This document shows, in pieces, positions 11,120-24,034 of a DNA stretch of 64,000 nt. Under the pieces are notes generated by a model. The model did not search any database, was not told the origin of the DNA, and saw only the letters and a list, made by a program, of their open reading frames with translations. Each line of letters opens with the position of its first letter. Positions within the stretch are counted from its first letter, which is position 1. This DNA comes from Parasitella parasitica NRRL 2501. Its lineage: Eukaryota; Fungi; Mucoromycota. Position numbers and translations under genes: made by a program. Where the stretch lies: the NCBI GenBank assembly GCA_025201805.1, contig MU619254.1, forward strand, positions 247,440-311,439, in the 5' to 3' direction.

Positions 11120-14100
11120 ATGGCTACAATTTACCATGAATACGGTCCTGGCGATGAAACATACATTTGTCCCCAGAGAAGTCAGATCCGACGAGATTCT
11201 GCCGATGTGCAAGCTACTGTTCGCAGATTATCAGATTCCGAGATGAGAAGGGAATCAGAGAATCGACGTCGATCTGAAGTGATGAACGAAAGGGTTTCTG
11301 TCCTGGGAAGTGTGCAATCCATGCGTGAAGGCAAACTTCCCTCCAATGAACAGCTCGACAAGGTCATCAACCGGCTTTTAAGCAGCAAATCTATCGAAAC
11401 CAACAAACATCATATGTCTGCTGATGGCCAATTGCTCTTGAAAGACTTTCAAGAACTCTTGCTGACCTTCCAGCGCGCCTTGCAAACAAAGAATCGAGAC
11501 GAACTATTCCAATCTATGATTTATCATGTAAGAAGATCTGAAGCTACTCTTGCTGACAATACTGAACGTGGCATCGAGGGTGACATTCAACGAAAAGAAC
11601 AAGCTAAAGGCGACGCTAAAACAGGTGCGAAGGCCATTTTGAACATTGCCAAGTTGTTCTTGTTTAATGCCCAATTTAGAGGAGTATTGGAGCAGATCTT
11701 GAACATTGCCCAACAGACTTTGGGCAGTGTTTTGCAGCAAAGCGGAAAAGCAATTGGCGACAACGCAAATTCTGGGACAGGTGCCAGAAGTAGTATGTAG
11801 AAAATCAGCTTTGCATATTTGGCCTATATTAACATGACGCTTAGGTTTTCTTGACAGCGCTACTTCCGAGGAGACTGGCAAAAACGGTCAAGCATTATCT
11901 AATGGTAACTAGCGTTCATCCCATTTTGATTTTAATATACTTACAGAAATACACTTGTAGATAAAGGTAAAGTTAAGGACTCAGTCCGTAATGCTGTTGC
12001 AAGCGTCGCTGGTGGTGCTCTTGGTGGAGGCGCATCACATTTGGCCTCCAAGCATGATTATAAGACTGACGGAAGCAATCACAAATCTTTCCCAAAAGAC
12101 ACGAATTCGCATTTGCCTAACGATCATCAAGACTTTATGATGCATCGCTTTGTTGATTCTGAATCATCTGCTCCTGTTACTGATGATGCTGGGCATACTC
12201 TCGATCAAGATATTGAACACGGTGCAGTCCCACATACTAACAGTGCGACTCCTCAAACTAAGCAAGTGTTTTCGAATAATCAATCAACAATTCAGCCAGC
12301 AACAAACACTACTGAACGAAGCGCGCCAATTGTTCCTCAGCACCAGATGTTCTTGACTAATCCCACTGAAGGAAAACAAGCATCTGCCATCTCATCTCCT
12401 ACTGCAAATGATTTGAAGAGAAGCGAATCACCTTCTTCATTTACTGATATGGGCAAAGTTGGTGGTAGTGGCGGACATCGTATGGGTGTTAATGAATCCA
12501 ATGTAAATGAAGCGCAACTACCATCTTCCGATAGTACTGCTAGTGCTACCGCTGGTACCACCACTACCGGCGCCGCTGCTGCTGGTTCTCTGGGAATGGC
12601 TGGCTATTTATTCAACAAGCAAGATGTTCGTAGTGAATCTCCTTCATCGTTTGCTGATTCTGGTGCTATTGGAAACATGGATCACAGTGAATTTAAGCAC
12701 GAACAGTTTTATGGAAATCATATGGGCGTCTATGATTCTGCTATGAATCGGCCCAAGAACTCGCTTGACTTAAACTCAGCCTCTTCAACAGCCAATGGCG
12801 ACCTTGACTTGCGCCAAAAACTCGGTGCTGCTGTACCCAAGTATGCTCCTGGAGCCAAGCCTGCAAGAGATGAATTCATTGAAAATCGCTTTGAAACTCT
12901 ATCTGGCGGCGGAAATGCTTTCGTTCATAAGCGCCTTGATGCTGCTATGCCGCATTCGGCCCAGGCTGGCACTCCTCAGCCAATGAGCTCTGTTGGCACG
13001 GATGGTTATGTTCCTCATCAGCAATCAAGAAACATGCTTCCTGATTTGAATCGTAGTTCTCAAGACAACAACGCAGATTTCCTTCAAATGCGTCTTGACA
13101 AGCAAGTCGTTCCCTTGATAGAGAATCAAACATTGAGTCCCAAGAGCCACATCAGTGCCGGTGCAGGTTATCACTTGAATCAAGAAAATCACACCGTTTC
13201 TGCCAAGGAGATTGTAGAGACATTAAGAAGACCTAATGCGTCTGATACTGGCTCTCATGTGAAAGATCAAGTCAAAGCACATGCGCAGAGTTTTCCTGGT
13301 CAGCATGTCATGGATAAGATTAAACATTCTTCTGCTCCTGGTGGTGCTCTTGTGAACCCTCACGGACAGACAAATGACAGTCGAGACCAAGCGAATGTTT
13401 TTACCACTGCCCATTCTGACAAGTACGACGCTGTTGTAGCAGGTACAGCCGGGCTTATGACTGCAAGTGCTACTCATCGTGCTGCAATTGATGGCAGTGA
13501 AGAAAGGTTTACTGATTCAACTCCTCGTGCTGGCAACTCTGTTCCTTCTAGCCGCAGAAAGAGAAGTAGCTTCCATGAGCCACATGAATACATAGGAGTT
13601 GATGGTCAACGACATATGGATGAAGGCTCAAACACTAGATCAATCTTGTCAAATAAAGAAGCTGTCAGAAGACTGAGCTCAGGAGACGAGGTTGATGTAA
13701 ACGCTCACCCCATCAAGTCTAACTCTAAAATCGGCACTGCTTCTGTTACATTGGGTGCTGGTACTGGTACTGCCGTTGGAGCTGCCACTGATAGTCGTCA
13801 ATCTCAACAAGATGCTAACCAAATGTCCAATGAAGACGATCAAATCTGTGCTAGTAAGATTGTCAACAAAATGAAGCAAAAGATGGGCATTGATAGTCAG
13901 GCTGGCGAGAATACAGACAGGCAAGAAGAGCAGGATTCCATCTCTGCAAGTGAAATCATTACGAATTTGAAGGAAATTTTGACCACTGTTCAAAAGAATT
14001 CAGAATATCAAGAAGCTATGTCAACATTGATGACTTTATTTGGAACCTGGGGTCAGCGTCTCAAGACTGGCCAAATGGACCGCCGTCGCTCTTCTGCTGT

Positions 14101-15545
14101 GCCTATTCCTGAGCAGAACGAGTATTATCGAAATACTGCTGCTCATGAAGCTAAAACAATCATTGAAGACTGGGCCCAAGGCAAATCACTGGATCCTCTC
14201 CTTCGACAATTCTCTGAGATTTCGACCAAGCTAAAGCAAGATGATAATCTAAATAACCTGATACACAAGGTAATAATACAGTTCAGGTTGCATTGCTAAA
14301 TGGGTTTTGCTTATTATCGTATCCGCACAAATTATAGATTACAGTGTATGTTCAGAGAATGCTTCAGGAACCAGGCTATCTTTCTGGAAATGAGTCTACA
14401 GAAGAAGGCAACAAGCTTGTCAATGAAGTAAGGCATTCGGCTCTTGAAGATTATAAGCCTCAAGTAAAGAGCATGATCCAAGAATCAAACGGCATCATTA
14501 AATCTGTGTCTGACGACCCTCTATCTCAGAAGATCTCAGGAAAGATCAGGAATATTCATGATCACTTGTGGTATGATAGGTAAGATAAATAATTTGGAGA
14601 GGCTTCCGTGCAGCTTTTGCTTACACAAGGATTTAATACATAGTAATGGTCATGCTGCTTTTAAGCCTCATTTGTTGAATGATATGAGAATCACTCTTAT
14701 CCCTGCTCTAATTGAACAGATCAAGTTTGTACCTCTTCCTCAAATCATCTATAGTGATAAACAGTTTGAGATTGCCATTGAGAATATGGTACTGCAAGGC
14801 GATACTCTAATGCCTGATATTTTTGAAGTTAAGGTATGCATATATCCATGTAGATTACATAAACGCTCAACCTTACTATTTATTTGTAGGCTGATGATTA
14901 CTTGAGATTTAGCCCCAAGGCCAATGCTAACTTCACCAACTCTCAAAGCATCCATGTTCATATGACAGGTATCCAAACTATAATGGAAGATGTAGTATTT
15001 TACTACAGACGAAAGAGTGGCTTCCCCAAGATGTCTGATTCAGGCGTCATATCTGTTGCTGTAGGTTTAAATCTTTTTGACCAACTTTTGATCGTTGTTT
15101 AAATTTTTCATATCATAGACTGACGGAGCTGGCCTTAGAGTCTCCCTAAGAATAGTTAGCAGTTCTATCGATCAAAAGCACACCTTCAGAATCGACCAAT
15201 GTCACTGTCATATCGATAAGTTGAACATCAAAGTCAACCATAGTAAACACAAGTAAGTTGGTAAATTAGTGCAAATTCAACACTGGTTATTTATCATCCG
15301 TTATACAATATTGTAGCATTCTTTACAAGGTGTTGAACCCTATGATGACTGGTATTATCAAGCACCAAATGTGTAAAGCTATTGAAAATAAGCTTATCGC
15401 AACTTTTGAAAAAGGAGATGCAAAAATTACCAAGCATTTGGTTGCGAAAAAACTTTCTCAAGAAACATCCATTCAGGATGCGAGAAGGCCTGGACTCTTT
15501 TCTCACTTGATTAGCGTGTTGAATCAAAAAGTATCTTCCATTTAA
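11120..15545 (+). CDS. DUF4449/DUF5923 (BPI/TULIP-like, HAM1-like) protein with a long low-complexity insertion; multi-exon
   Basis: N-terminal GKLPSNEQLD...MSADGQLLLKDFQ...KNRDELFQSMIYH; C-terminal FKPHLLNDMRITLIPALIEQIKFVPLPQIIYSDKQFEIAIEN, VVFYYRRKSGFPKMSDSG, IDKLNIKVNHSKH. Confidence 0.7.
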
Positions 15546-15890
15546 ATCATAATATCTGTAAATAAAAAAATAAATAAATAAGCATTCAACGATCCATATG
15601 CATGCATACTGAGGATCAAAAGTTATTGTTTCATACAACTCGGTTGATTTCATGTCATACTGTCGGTTCAAAGCAACGAGGATTTATATACTTTCTTGCG
15701 TTCAGCACCCATTAAATAATGCTAACAATGGTAGTTTAGAAAAGGAGTAAAAAAAAAAACCTCAGGTTGATTTCTGTTATTTGCGTATGTTCACAGCTTG
15801 GCGATCAAAATTATGCAAGATAGTGAAACATTAAAGAGCCCTGAAACGATGACCCATTAACAGCTTTCTGTTTTCTTTCTTATATCACAA

Positions 15891-17769
15891 ATGAGACTGA
15901 ACAATTTAGGTATATTTTACAAGTGATTCTTTGAGTATGCAAATTTAATTCTTTAAAATTTAGCATCTTTGCAAGTAGCACTGCTAGCGTCAGCGATATC
16001 AAGACAGGGCAATGATATCAGATATAACGTGATTGCATCACCTGAAAGTCCAGACATGTCTGTTGCCGTCGTCGTTGACAACAACACATATATATTGGCT
16101 GCTTCGGAATCTGCTACTCTCTTGTATTCAGGAAATGCGCCTACAGCTCAAGTCGGATACCACTATGCCATTGTAAAAAGCGATAATCAAATACATGCCT
16201 CTGAAGCGTTTTCTCGTGCGCCTGTCCAAAGCAAATTCACGGAAAATGAGTTCTTTAATCGTTCATTATCAACTCACCAGCTTGATTCCTTGCCCCAAGT
16301 TTATAAACAAATGCCCTACGTCAATCGAATCGAATCAGATCTCCACATTTTGAATCAAATCCCAACTATTCAAATTTGGGGAAATCAAACTGAACTCGAT
16401 ATATTGCACAAGGATCAGTTACAAGATCTTAAATTCAGATTTAATGTCACGTATTATGGGTAAATGAAGAAATTTATAGTTGACTGGAAACTCAAAACTG
16501 ATTGTATATTCTTTTTATAGATTAAACGACATCCAAACATTTCAAAATGTCAAAATTTCGCTGTCTGGACGTTCCTCAAGATACATTCCAAAACTTTCCT
16601 ATTCTCTGAAAATGAAATCCAAGGGGAAAGGTAGCTTGTATGGGTACAAAAACCTCAAATTAAGAGCTCTTGGCAGAGATCCATCTTATGTGCGAGAATG
16701 CATATCGTATTCTACTATGAAATCTGCAGGAATTCTGGCAAGTGGGTTCTCTTATATACGGTAAAGCACGCCTCCCTGTTTTTTTTCAAAGAGAGCTATA
16801 TATTGATAGTTTACATTTAGAGTATTTATCAACAAGAAACCTGTTGGACTTTATGGTTTGATAGAGACATTCCAGGATCCATGGGTTGCAAACGTGTTTG
16901 CTGGTGGTGATACCAATTATAAACCAGGTCTTCTCTATCAAGGTCAAGTCGCTGGTCCGAACCAATCTGAAGATGTCTTTTCCGATCTGTCGTATTACGG
17001 CAAAAATACCACATTATACAATTTGGGTCAATACAAAATTAAAACAGGTGCTGGAAAAAAGGAAACCTCTGCCGATTATGAGGAACTTCAAAAATTTACA
17101 AAGTTTATCAACAGTACTAGCAGTAAAACAACTGTGGACGAATGGGAGGAACACTTGGATACCAAAGTGTTTACAAGAGCTATGGCTATAGAAGATCTTT
17201 TAGGCTTTTCTGACGCATACATGACACTGGTAAACAACTTTTATCTTTATAATGATCCAAGATTTCCAGGGCGTTACATTTACATCCCCGCTGATTTTGA
17301 TACAACCATCGGTAACTCTCTATATACAATGGATGCTTTGTTGTCAGGGAACTATAGCCAACATCCAGGCTTTGGCATGAGACCATTGACAAGTAAATTT
17401 TTCTCAAATCAAATTTTGTTGGAACAGTACCAGCACGTTTTACTCGGCTTAACACAACGGTTGATCAACCCAACCATAATGTTTCCCTTCGTTGACAGTA
17501 TTGTAAGGATGATATATCCTGATATTGAATGGGATCAAAGTCTTCCAGGAGTGGGTCGGTTTGAAAAATTTCCTCTTCCAGACAAAACCTCAGATACAAA
17601 CAGTACTCTTCGATTGCCTTTTGCTCCAGGAGTCAATACACACCGGGAATCTGTGCCACTAACCTTTGATGCTTCTTTGAATGGTCCAACTAACTCTACA
17701 ACAACGGAGAGTGTCAAGGGCTTCATTACTAAAAAGAGTGCCAACGTACTGGCGTTCTACAGCAAATAA
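15891..17769 (+). CDS. cotH: CotH spore-coat kinase family protein (secreted), 4 exons
   Basis: Signal-like N-terminus, NEFFNRS, SGRSSR..PKLSYSLK, LKLRALGRDPSYVRE, INKKPVGLYGLIETF, DAY...NNFYLY, YIPADFDTTIG. Confidence 0.9.
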
Positions 17770-19059
17770 ACCTTTACATTGTCATCTATCAGCTTTTCAT
17801 TACATGTACACATATGTTTTTTCAAATGTATATAGTATCACTGCATCAGGCGTACATTATTCCTAACATCAAAACGAAGACTTGAAATTTGCAGTGTATT
17901 ATGCTTGGTATAATACATCATAAGTGAGCATGAGCAGAGATTCGTAGTGTAATGTGAGGACTTTATTCAGACATGGCAAAGAGTTGCCATTGAATGGTGC
18001 ATAGTCAATCATGTAGAGTGATAGCCCAAGGCATTTAGTTCCTTAAAATAGGGTTAAAACCTGATGGATGTTCTTCCACTATGAAGAACATTTTATCCTT
18101 TATACGTATCTGGGCTCTTGTCGTACTTGATATGCCAATTTCCCAGCCAGAAGTCCAACTCAAGTAAACTCAATCCTGAACACAATCCAGGAACATTTTC
18201 CAATGGATCTTGTTCCCTATTTATTACTCAACATGACATGTTCATGAACAATGAATACAATTTATTGCTCCAATTTCTAAATCAAACCATGTCCAACAAT
18301 TATACCTTATCCCCCCCCCATCAGTCCACTTAAATTCACTGGTATATAAACCATCATTTTTCCATGCAATAAACGAGATCACAACCGTTTTATTTGAATA
18401 GTTTCTCATCCTGATAAATCAGTACTGGTGATTCATAAACTCTTATCCACTAGGCTCCTATGGATTGGTTCAACGCATACCCAATTATCCCTCATCCTAG
18501 ATTAAGGTCCTATTGCTACAGCATTGTCAATAAAATGTAAATATCTTCGAACCTCACATAAGTGTAATGATTCACATTACATGATGTCTCATTTTACATG
18601 AAACATCCAATTGTTATAAATAGGTTCAACTTATACCAGATCTAGTAAAAATATCTGTAAAAGCTACTATAGTTTATTATAATTAACATTTCTCATATAC
18701 TAGCAAATCTATTATATATATCATCCTTATCACTGCAAACCTGATCTGTCACTACCGATCGTTGTTTACATATAAGTTTATAGTTCATATAAACATCGCC
18801 GCATTGCTGTCAATTACTTCTTGTCCAATAATATCTACATATATTATATAGTAGGTAACAACCCTGATAGCAATGTCAACAACTAGATACACCAACCGTC
18901 CATTAACTTAGTACATCATTCTACCCTTAATACTAGATAATTGTACTCCATCACAATATAATCGATGGTACGCTTCTATAAAGAGCAAAATAAAGCCTGT
19001 CTTAAGCGCCATAAGAACAGGCAAGACTATATATATAGCGCTATATGAGCATAACTTGG

Positions 19060-19165
19060 GTTCCATTGAGCGATGTCTCAATCAAAAGTTATCTGCAAAA
19101 CCAGTTTTATTTTTCAATATTTATCATAAATATCAGATATTTGCTCATAACTTGTGCTAAAATCA
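19060..19165 (+). repeat. Dispersed repeat copy, homologous to the reverse complement of ~44480-44590
   Basis: gatatttgctcataacttgtgcta is identical in both; flanking gcgatg..atcaaaa..tgcaa..cag.ttta and ttatcataa also align. Confidence 0.75.
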
Positions 19166-20406
19166 CCCTAGAACCGAGATCTAACTTGGAAAACTTAGTG
19201 ATGACTTGGCGCTATCTGGCAACAACATTGGCGCCCATGTCTTTATTGATATCTATTAAGTTATCAGCAGAAAACACAAACTTACATATAAAAAAATTTG
19301 TACCTAATAAACTCGTTATTTTTTTTTGTTTAGGCTTGTAGGACTGAGAAACAATTTATACTAATACGCATTGATTATCGAGGTTCTATTGCGTAAGATT
19401 GATTTTTCGAGAGGACCAGCGATTGACATATTTTTGTTTTTTATTGTTGGGTAGCCATCGTCTTCACCGAGAGTGATGGGAAACTTTTTAATCAATGACT
19501 TGTTGCCATACTCGTGAAAAAAATTGGTATGAGTAATTGATTTTCACGCTAAATGTCTATTGTCTAAGGAGAAAAATTACTTTGATGAGTAGTGTTTTAT
19601 CCAGAGTTCTTTTTTCTTCGAAATTACGCCATTATTTGTAATATTGAGTTTAGTTGCGTGATAAATTGGCTGTGATATGTGAGTGTAAACTTTATTATTC
19701 TATTTCATGATCGTTTCGTTTTGGTGAGAATGCCTCTTCACATCTTTAACAACTATATCCTCTTGTTAATGCGTTTGCTCATTATGGACGATTCCCGGTG
19801 ATATAACCTTTGTATAGGTCTTGGATAGTTCCTTTGCTGTTCTTGAACTTGTCCATAATACAACCATTTTCAATATGTTAATTTAAAAAGACTTGTTATT
19901 GGCCTTCTCTGCTTTAACCAGATCACTGCCAATCCTTGATCTTTTACGTTTTTTACCATTTTTAGTTTTATTCAGTTAAATGCTCTTCAATGAAACATGC
20001 GTTAGTCTTATTCGAGTTGCTCTTGCTGGATTTCATAGTTAGTCTCATTGAATTAAGCTTTAGCAGAAGACAAAGAAAGACTTTACGATTTTAATACGCT
20101 TCTCTCCAAATTTAATATTTTACGCAAAATCTTACCATGCAATATCCGCAAATATTAGCATCATCATCTATTCTTCAAAAAAAAAAAGAAGAAGAAAAAA
20201 AAATAGTCTAAATATTAAAACCTGATCCATCATGAATAAAGCGGTAAATACTCCCACTCCTAATGATTTAGTTTGTACAGCTTGACAATCAAGTGGCAAT
20301 GAGATGCATTTGACATGTATGTGACGATTTTCAAGTGTGGAATAAATTTTTCCAAGTTTATATTTGAGTATCTTTAAAGTTTATTGTAAAACAAAAATGT
20401 CAAAAA

Positions 20407-21162
20407 TGTCTGCCAGTCCAGCACTCGAAGAGTTTCCTTTGGAAGCTGTGGAAGAGATTGACGTTGTAGCCAAGGAGTGGATTCAAGCGCAATCAGACAA
20501 GGAGGTGGTAAATATAAAAAAAATTTAGAGTCAAAATATCAAAATATATGCAACCATCTGACTTGTTGGTAGGAACGTATTAAACATGTTGGTTCAAGTG
20601 TTTCACCTCTCAAGGTATGAAATTGTGCAGATGGAAGATTGCTTCTGTCTAACACCACTATAGATTAGCAACTGTGGCATTGTGACCAATTTTGATTATA
20701 AGAGACCACGGGCTATCAATAGAGTTGAGCTTGATACTGAATGCGATCTATCCAAAGTCCAGCAAGTAAGTAATCTAGCATTTTGCCTCTTCAAAAGCAA
20801 TTGCAAACAATTCTGTATATCTTAGATTATGGTCTCCCCGCCTACACCCTATCCTCACAAGGACAACTTTAATTATGTCAATGTAAGCTAATCCTGCTTC
20901 CTATCAAGATCCTGGTTTTTCCTTGAAACTAACCGTCTCAAATGTGCAGTTGATCCTTGTGATAAGTCAACAGCCAATTCCATTTTTAGCACCTTACCTT
21001 TACAAGGCCAATCTCAAGGTGACACAACCCGAGAGAGAAGAGGATGGACGCAAATATCCTAGTAAAAAGGTCATCCTGAAGAACGACTTGCGCGAGTACT
21101 TATTGATCAATAAAAAAGGTGTACGAACTCGTTTTACAATCCACGAGTATCATGATGTTTAA
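20407..21162 (+). CDS. Hypothetical protein, 5 exons, no recognised domain
   Basis: MSASPALEEF...SDKE|ERIKHVGSSVSPLK|ISNCGIV...KVQQ|IMVSPPTPYPHKDNFNYVN|LILVISQQPIPFLAPYLY...TIHEYHDV*; phase-consistent GT-AG introns. Confidence 0.7.
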
Positions 21163-21301
21163 CACCATATCGATATAAATCTCCGATTACATACATCGCA
21201 ACAAACGTAAACTTCAAAAAACTAACTTTGTAATTCAAGTAAAAGGCGCAACAGATAGTGTTTTCTTCTTTCTCGCTTTATCTTCTTTTAGCGAAAATAA
21301 A

Positions 21302-21390
21302 ATGCCTTTGTCTTTGACAACAAAATATGAGGACATAACTTCTGATGAATATGTAAGTGTATCATCACATTTCAAGTGAACGTTATCTGA

Positions 21391-21426
<36 letters not shown>

Positions 21427-22862
21427 CTGAAATGGGTTGATTTCGACAGGGTATCCTTCAACGTCAATACCAAAAGTCGTTTTTCCATCAATCAAAATCG
21501 ACAACAAAACCAACAAAGTTGGCAATATTCGACTTTGATTCAACGCTGTTCTTCTCACCTTTGTTGAGTCCCACCATTTGGCATCCCAATCTTATTCGAG
21601 TTGCAACTGCAGAGAGTGTGTATGGACCTGGTTGGTGGAGAGATATTCGAAGTCTCGACTTGGGCCCTTTCGACGAATTGAAAAAAAAGGCTTGGGAGGG
21701 ATTCTGGAATGAAGAGGTTGTGCAACAGGCAAGATCTTGCATCAACGATGAGGCTACTATGACGATTGTGTTGACAGGGAGACGATACCACCCGTTTCAT
21801 CTGATAGTGCCAGCCATGCTCGAAGCAAAAGGCCTGCAATTCGACTTGATAGGCCTTCGACCAGACCCAGAGCATGTATCTGACAATCAATGGGAAGTCA
21901 AGCAAGGACAGCAAAATATCACCTATAATTTAACTAGGTCTGTCTTTAGATCAACTATGCATTTCAAAACATGCTTTATCCTCAACATTATACACAACGT
22001 TTCTTCGATCAAAAAAGTCAACATGTGGGATGACCGTATGCATCATGTCTTGAAATTTAGAGAATACCTGCAACTGCTAAAAAGCACAAACGTTATCAAC
22101 GACGGTAGCGTAATATATGTTCCCGGGATCCGACCTAAATACAATCCTCAATGGGAAATCAATGTTATCAGACACATCATCGATACCCACAACAAAGCGC
22201 TTGTGGAGCATGTACAAGAAGGCATTAAGACAGGGAAAATTCAGCGACAGTTGGCCTGGTCAAGCATCATCGAGAAAGAGGATCCACTGGGAAGCTCATC
22301 AGAGATGCCATTGAAGCTGACACCATTACCTGCAGCTACAGTGATTAAATTTACGGCCGAGAGTAAAGATAGATTAGCTGAAGCATATAAACCTTATTTT
22401 GTACAACAATCGAAAGAGAATAGACGATCGAAATGGAAGGATTGTGGCGGAGAGCAGCCTCAATTGTTTGGCAATTATGCGTATCTGTCTCAAAAGGTGA
22501 TCCCAAGTAATGTCATTGCTGTAGGTTCTGTTGGATCAGAGGTTGGAGTGACAATAAAGGCTTATTCAAAATCCCCTCACTTGCCATGTTTAGTGCTGCA
22601 AGTGGAGATTGACGGACATTCTCAAAATGACTACCTCCTGCCAGTTTACTACAAACCATCTGAATACAATGATATATTCAAAATGAGAAATGTTACATGG
22701 GTACCTGTAAAAAACCAAAAGAGTTTACCTACACATTTTAAAGGGAAGGTGGATTATGAATATCGACTAGGCGTCGTGGAAAAAACTGTTGAAAAACGTT
22801 CACATTTTCCTGATGCTCAACACAATATAGAAGGGCCGGAACCGAAGCGTGCGAGACATTAA
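21302..22862 (+). CDS. HAD-superfamily protein, Swiss-Army-Knife RNA-repair-like HAD (HAD_SAK_1) type
   Basis: Exon 1 21302-21352, exon 2 from 21450; HAD motif I IFDFDSTLF, motif II VLTGR, K in HFKT, motif IV MWDDR. Confidence 0.8.
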
Positions 22863-23151
22863 ATACCCCACATTCATTTTGATCTACGGTAATCAGGGCC
22901 AAATACTACTGCTGCCACAGCAAATATATCAATAAAATCAATAAAACCAATAAAATCAATAAAATCAAATAAATAAAAGGATGTTTATTCTTGATATACA
23001 GTGGATACTTGTCCATTTTTTTAAAATCAAATTGCGTATAAAAAAGTGCATTTTAACCAATATATATGAACATACATCTGATTAACTTGTAATACCTGAG
23101 TATGTAGAAATAGATATGTATGATACAATTAAAAAAGTCTATGTTGTAATG

Positions 23152-23183
<32 letters not shown>

Positions 23184-23222
23184 GTAAATGGAAAAAAACA
23201 AAACAAAACAAAAAACAACAGG

Positions 23223-23959
23223 TTAATCAGTAGACGGTTCATTGTCTTCTTTGGATAGTAAGGGGCCTTTCCCTTTGATATATGTGGATGAAGAAGGCGA
23301 ATACTCGAAAGTGTTAGGTGATAATTTTGTGCCCTGTTTCTCCAATGCATTGATAATCTTATTGATGGCAGTCTGGTTTTGTAGGGTCAATTGCATCAAT
23401 GCTTGTATTTGACTGAGAATTTCCTCTTCTCCATTGTTTGGCAATATTCCAAAGTGTCCGTCCGCTGCTCTTTGTGGTGGTGTTGGTGCATTGGCAGAAT
23501 TCTCGTACCGTATGTTTGTAGAATTTCCTTGATCTGCAGATGCCAACATATCGTCCCCTCCGCCTATCGGGTTGATTGCCATTCTATTTGAAAATTGATG
23601 TCGACGCATACTCTCCCAAACAATCGTAAAGTTTCTTCCGACAATGATGGAAGGTAGTGCAATCAGCTGTATAATCTTGTCAGGGCTCTTTCTTTTTTAA
23701 ATAAATAGAAAAAAAAACAAAGCCAAAAGCTTACCAATACACCAAACATCATGGCAGGAAATGTAATCAATTTGCCAATAAATGTCGTAGGCACCATATC
23801 GCCATATCCAGTTGTCGTAATTGTCACCAATACAAACCAAAATGCAGCAGGAATACTGTCAAATGAACTGCATTGGAATTTGAAGGAATTAATGTCAAAT
23901 ATTTACAACCCAAATGTCAAATGTCAAATGCCAAATGCCAAATGCCAAATGCCAAATGC

Positions 23960-24034
<75 letters not shown>

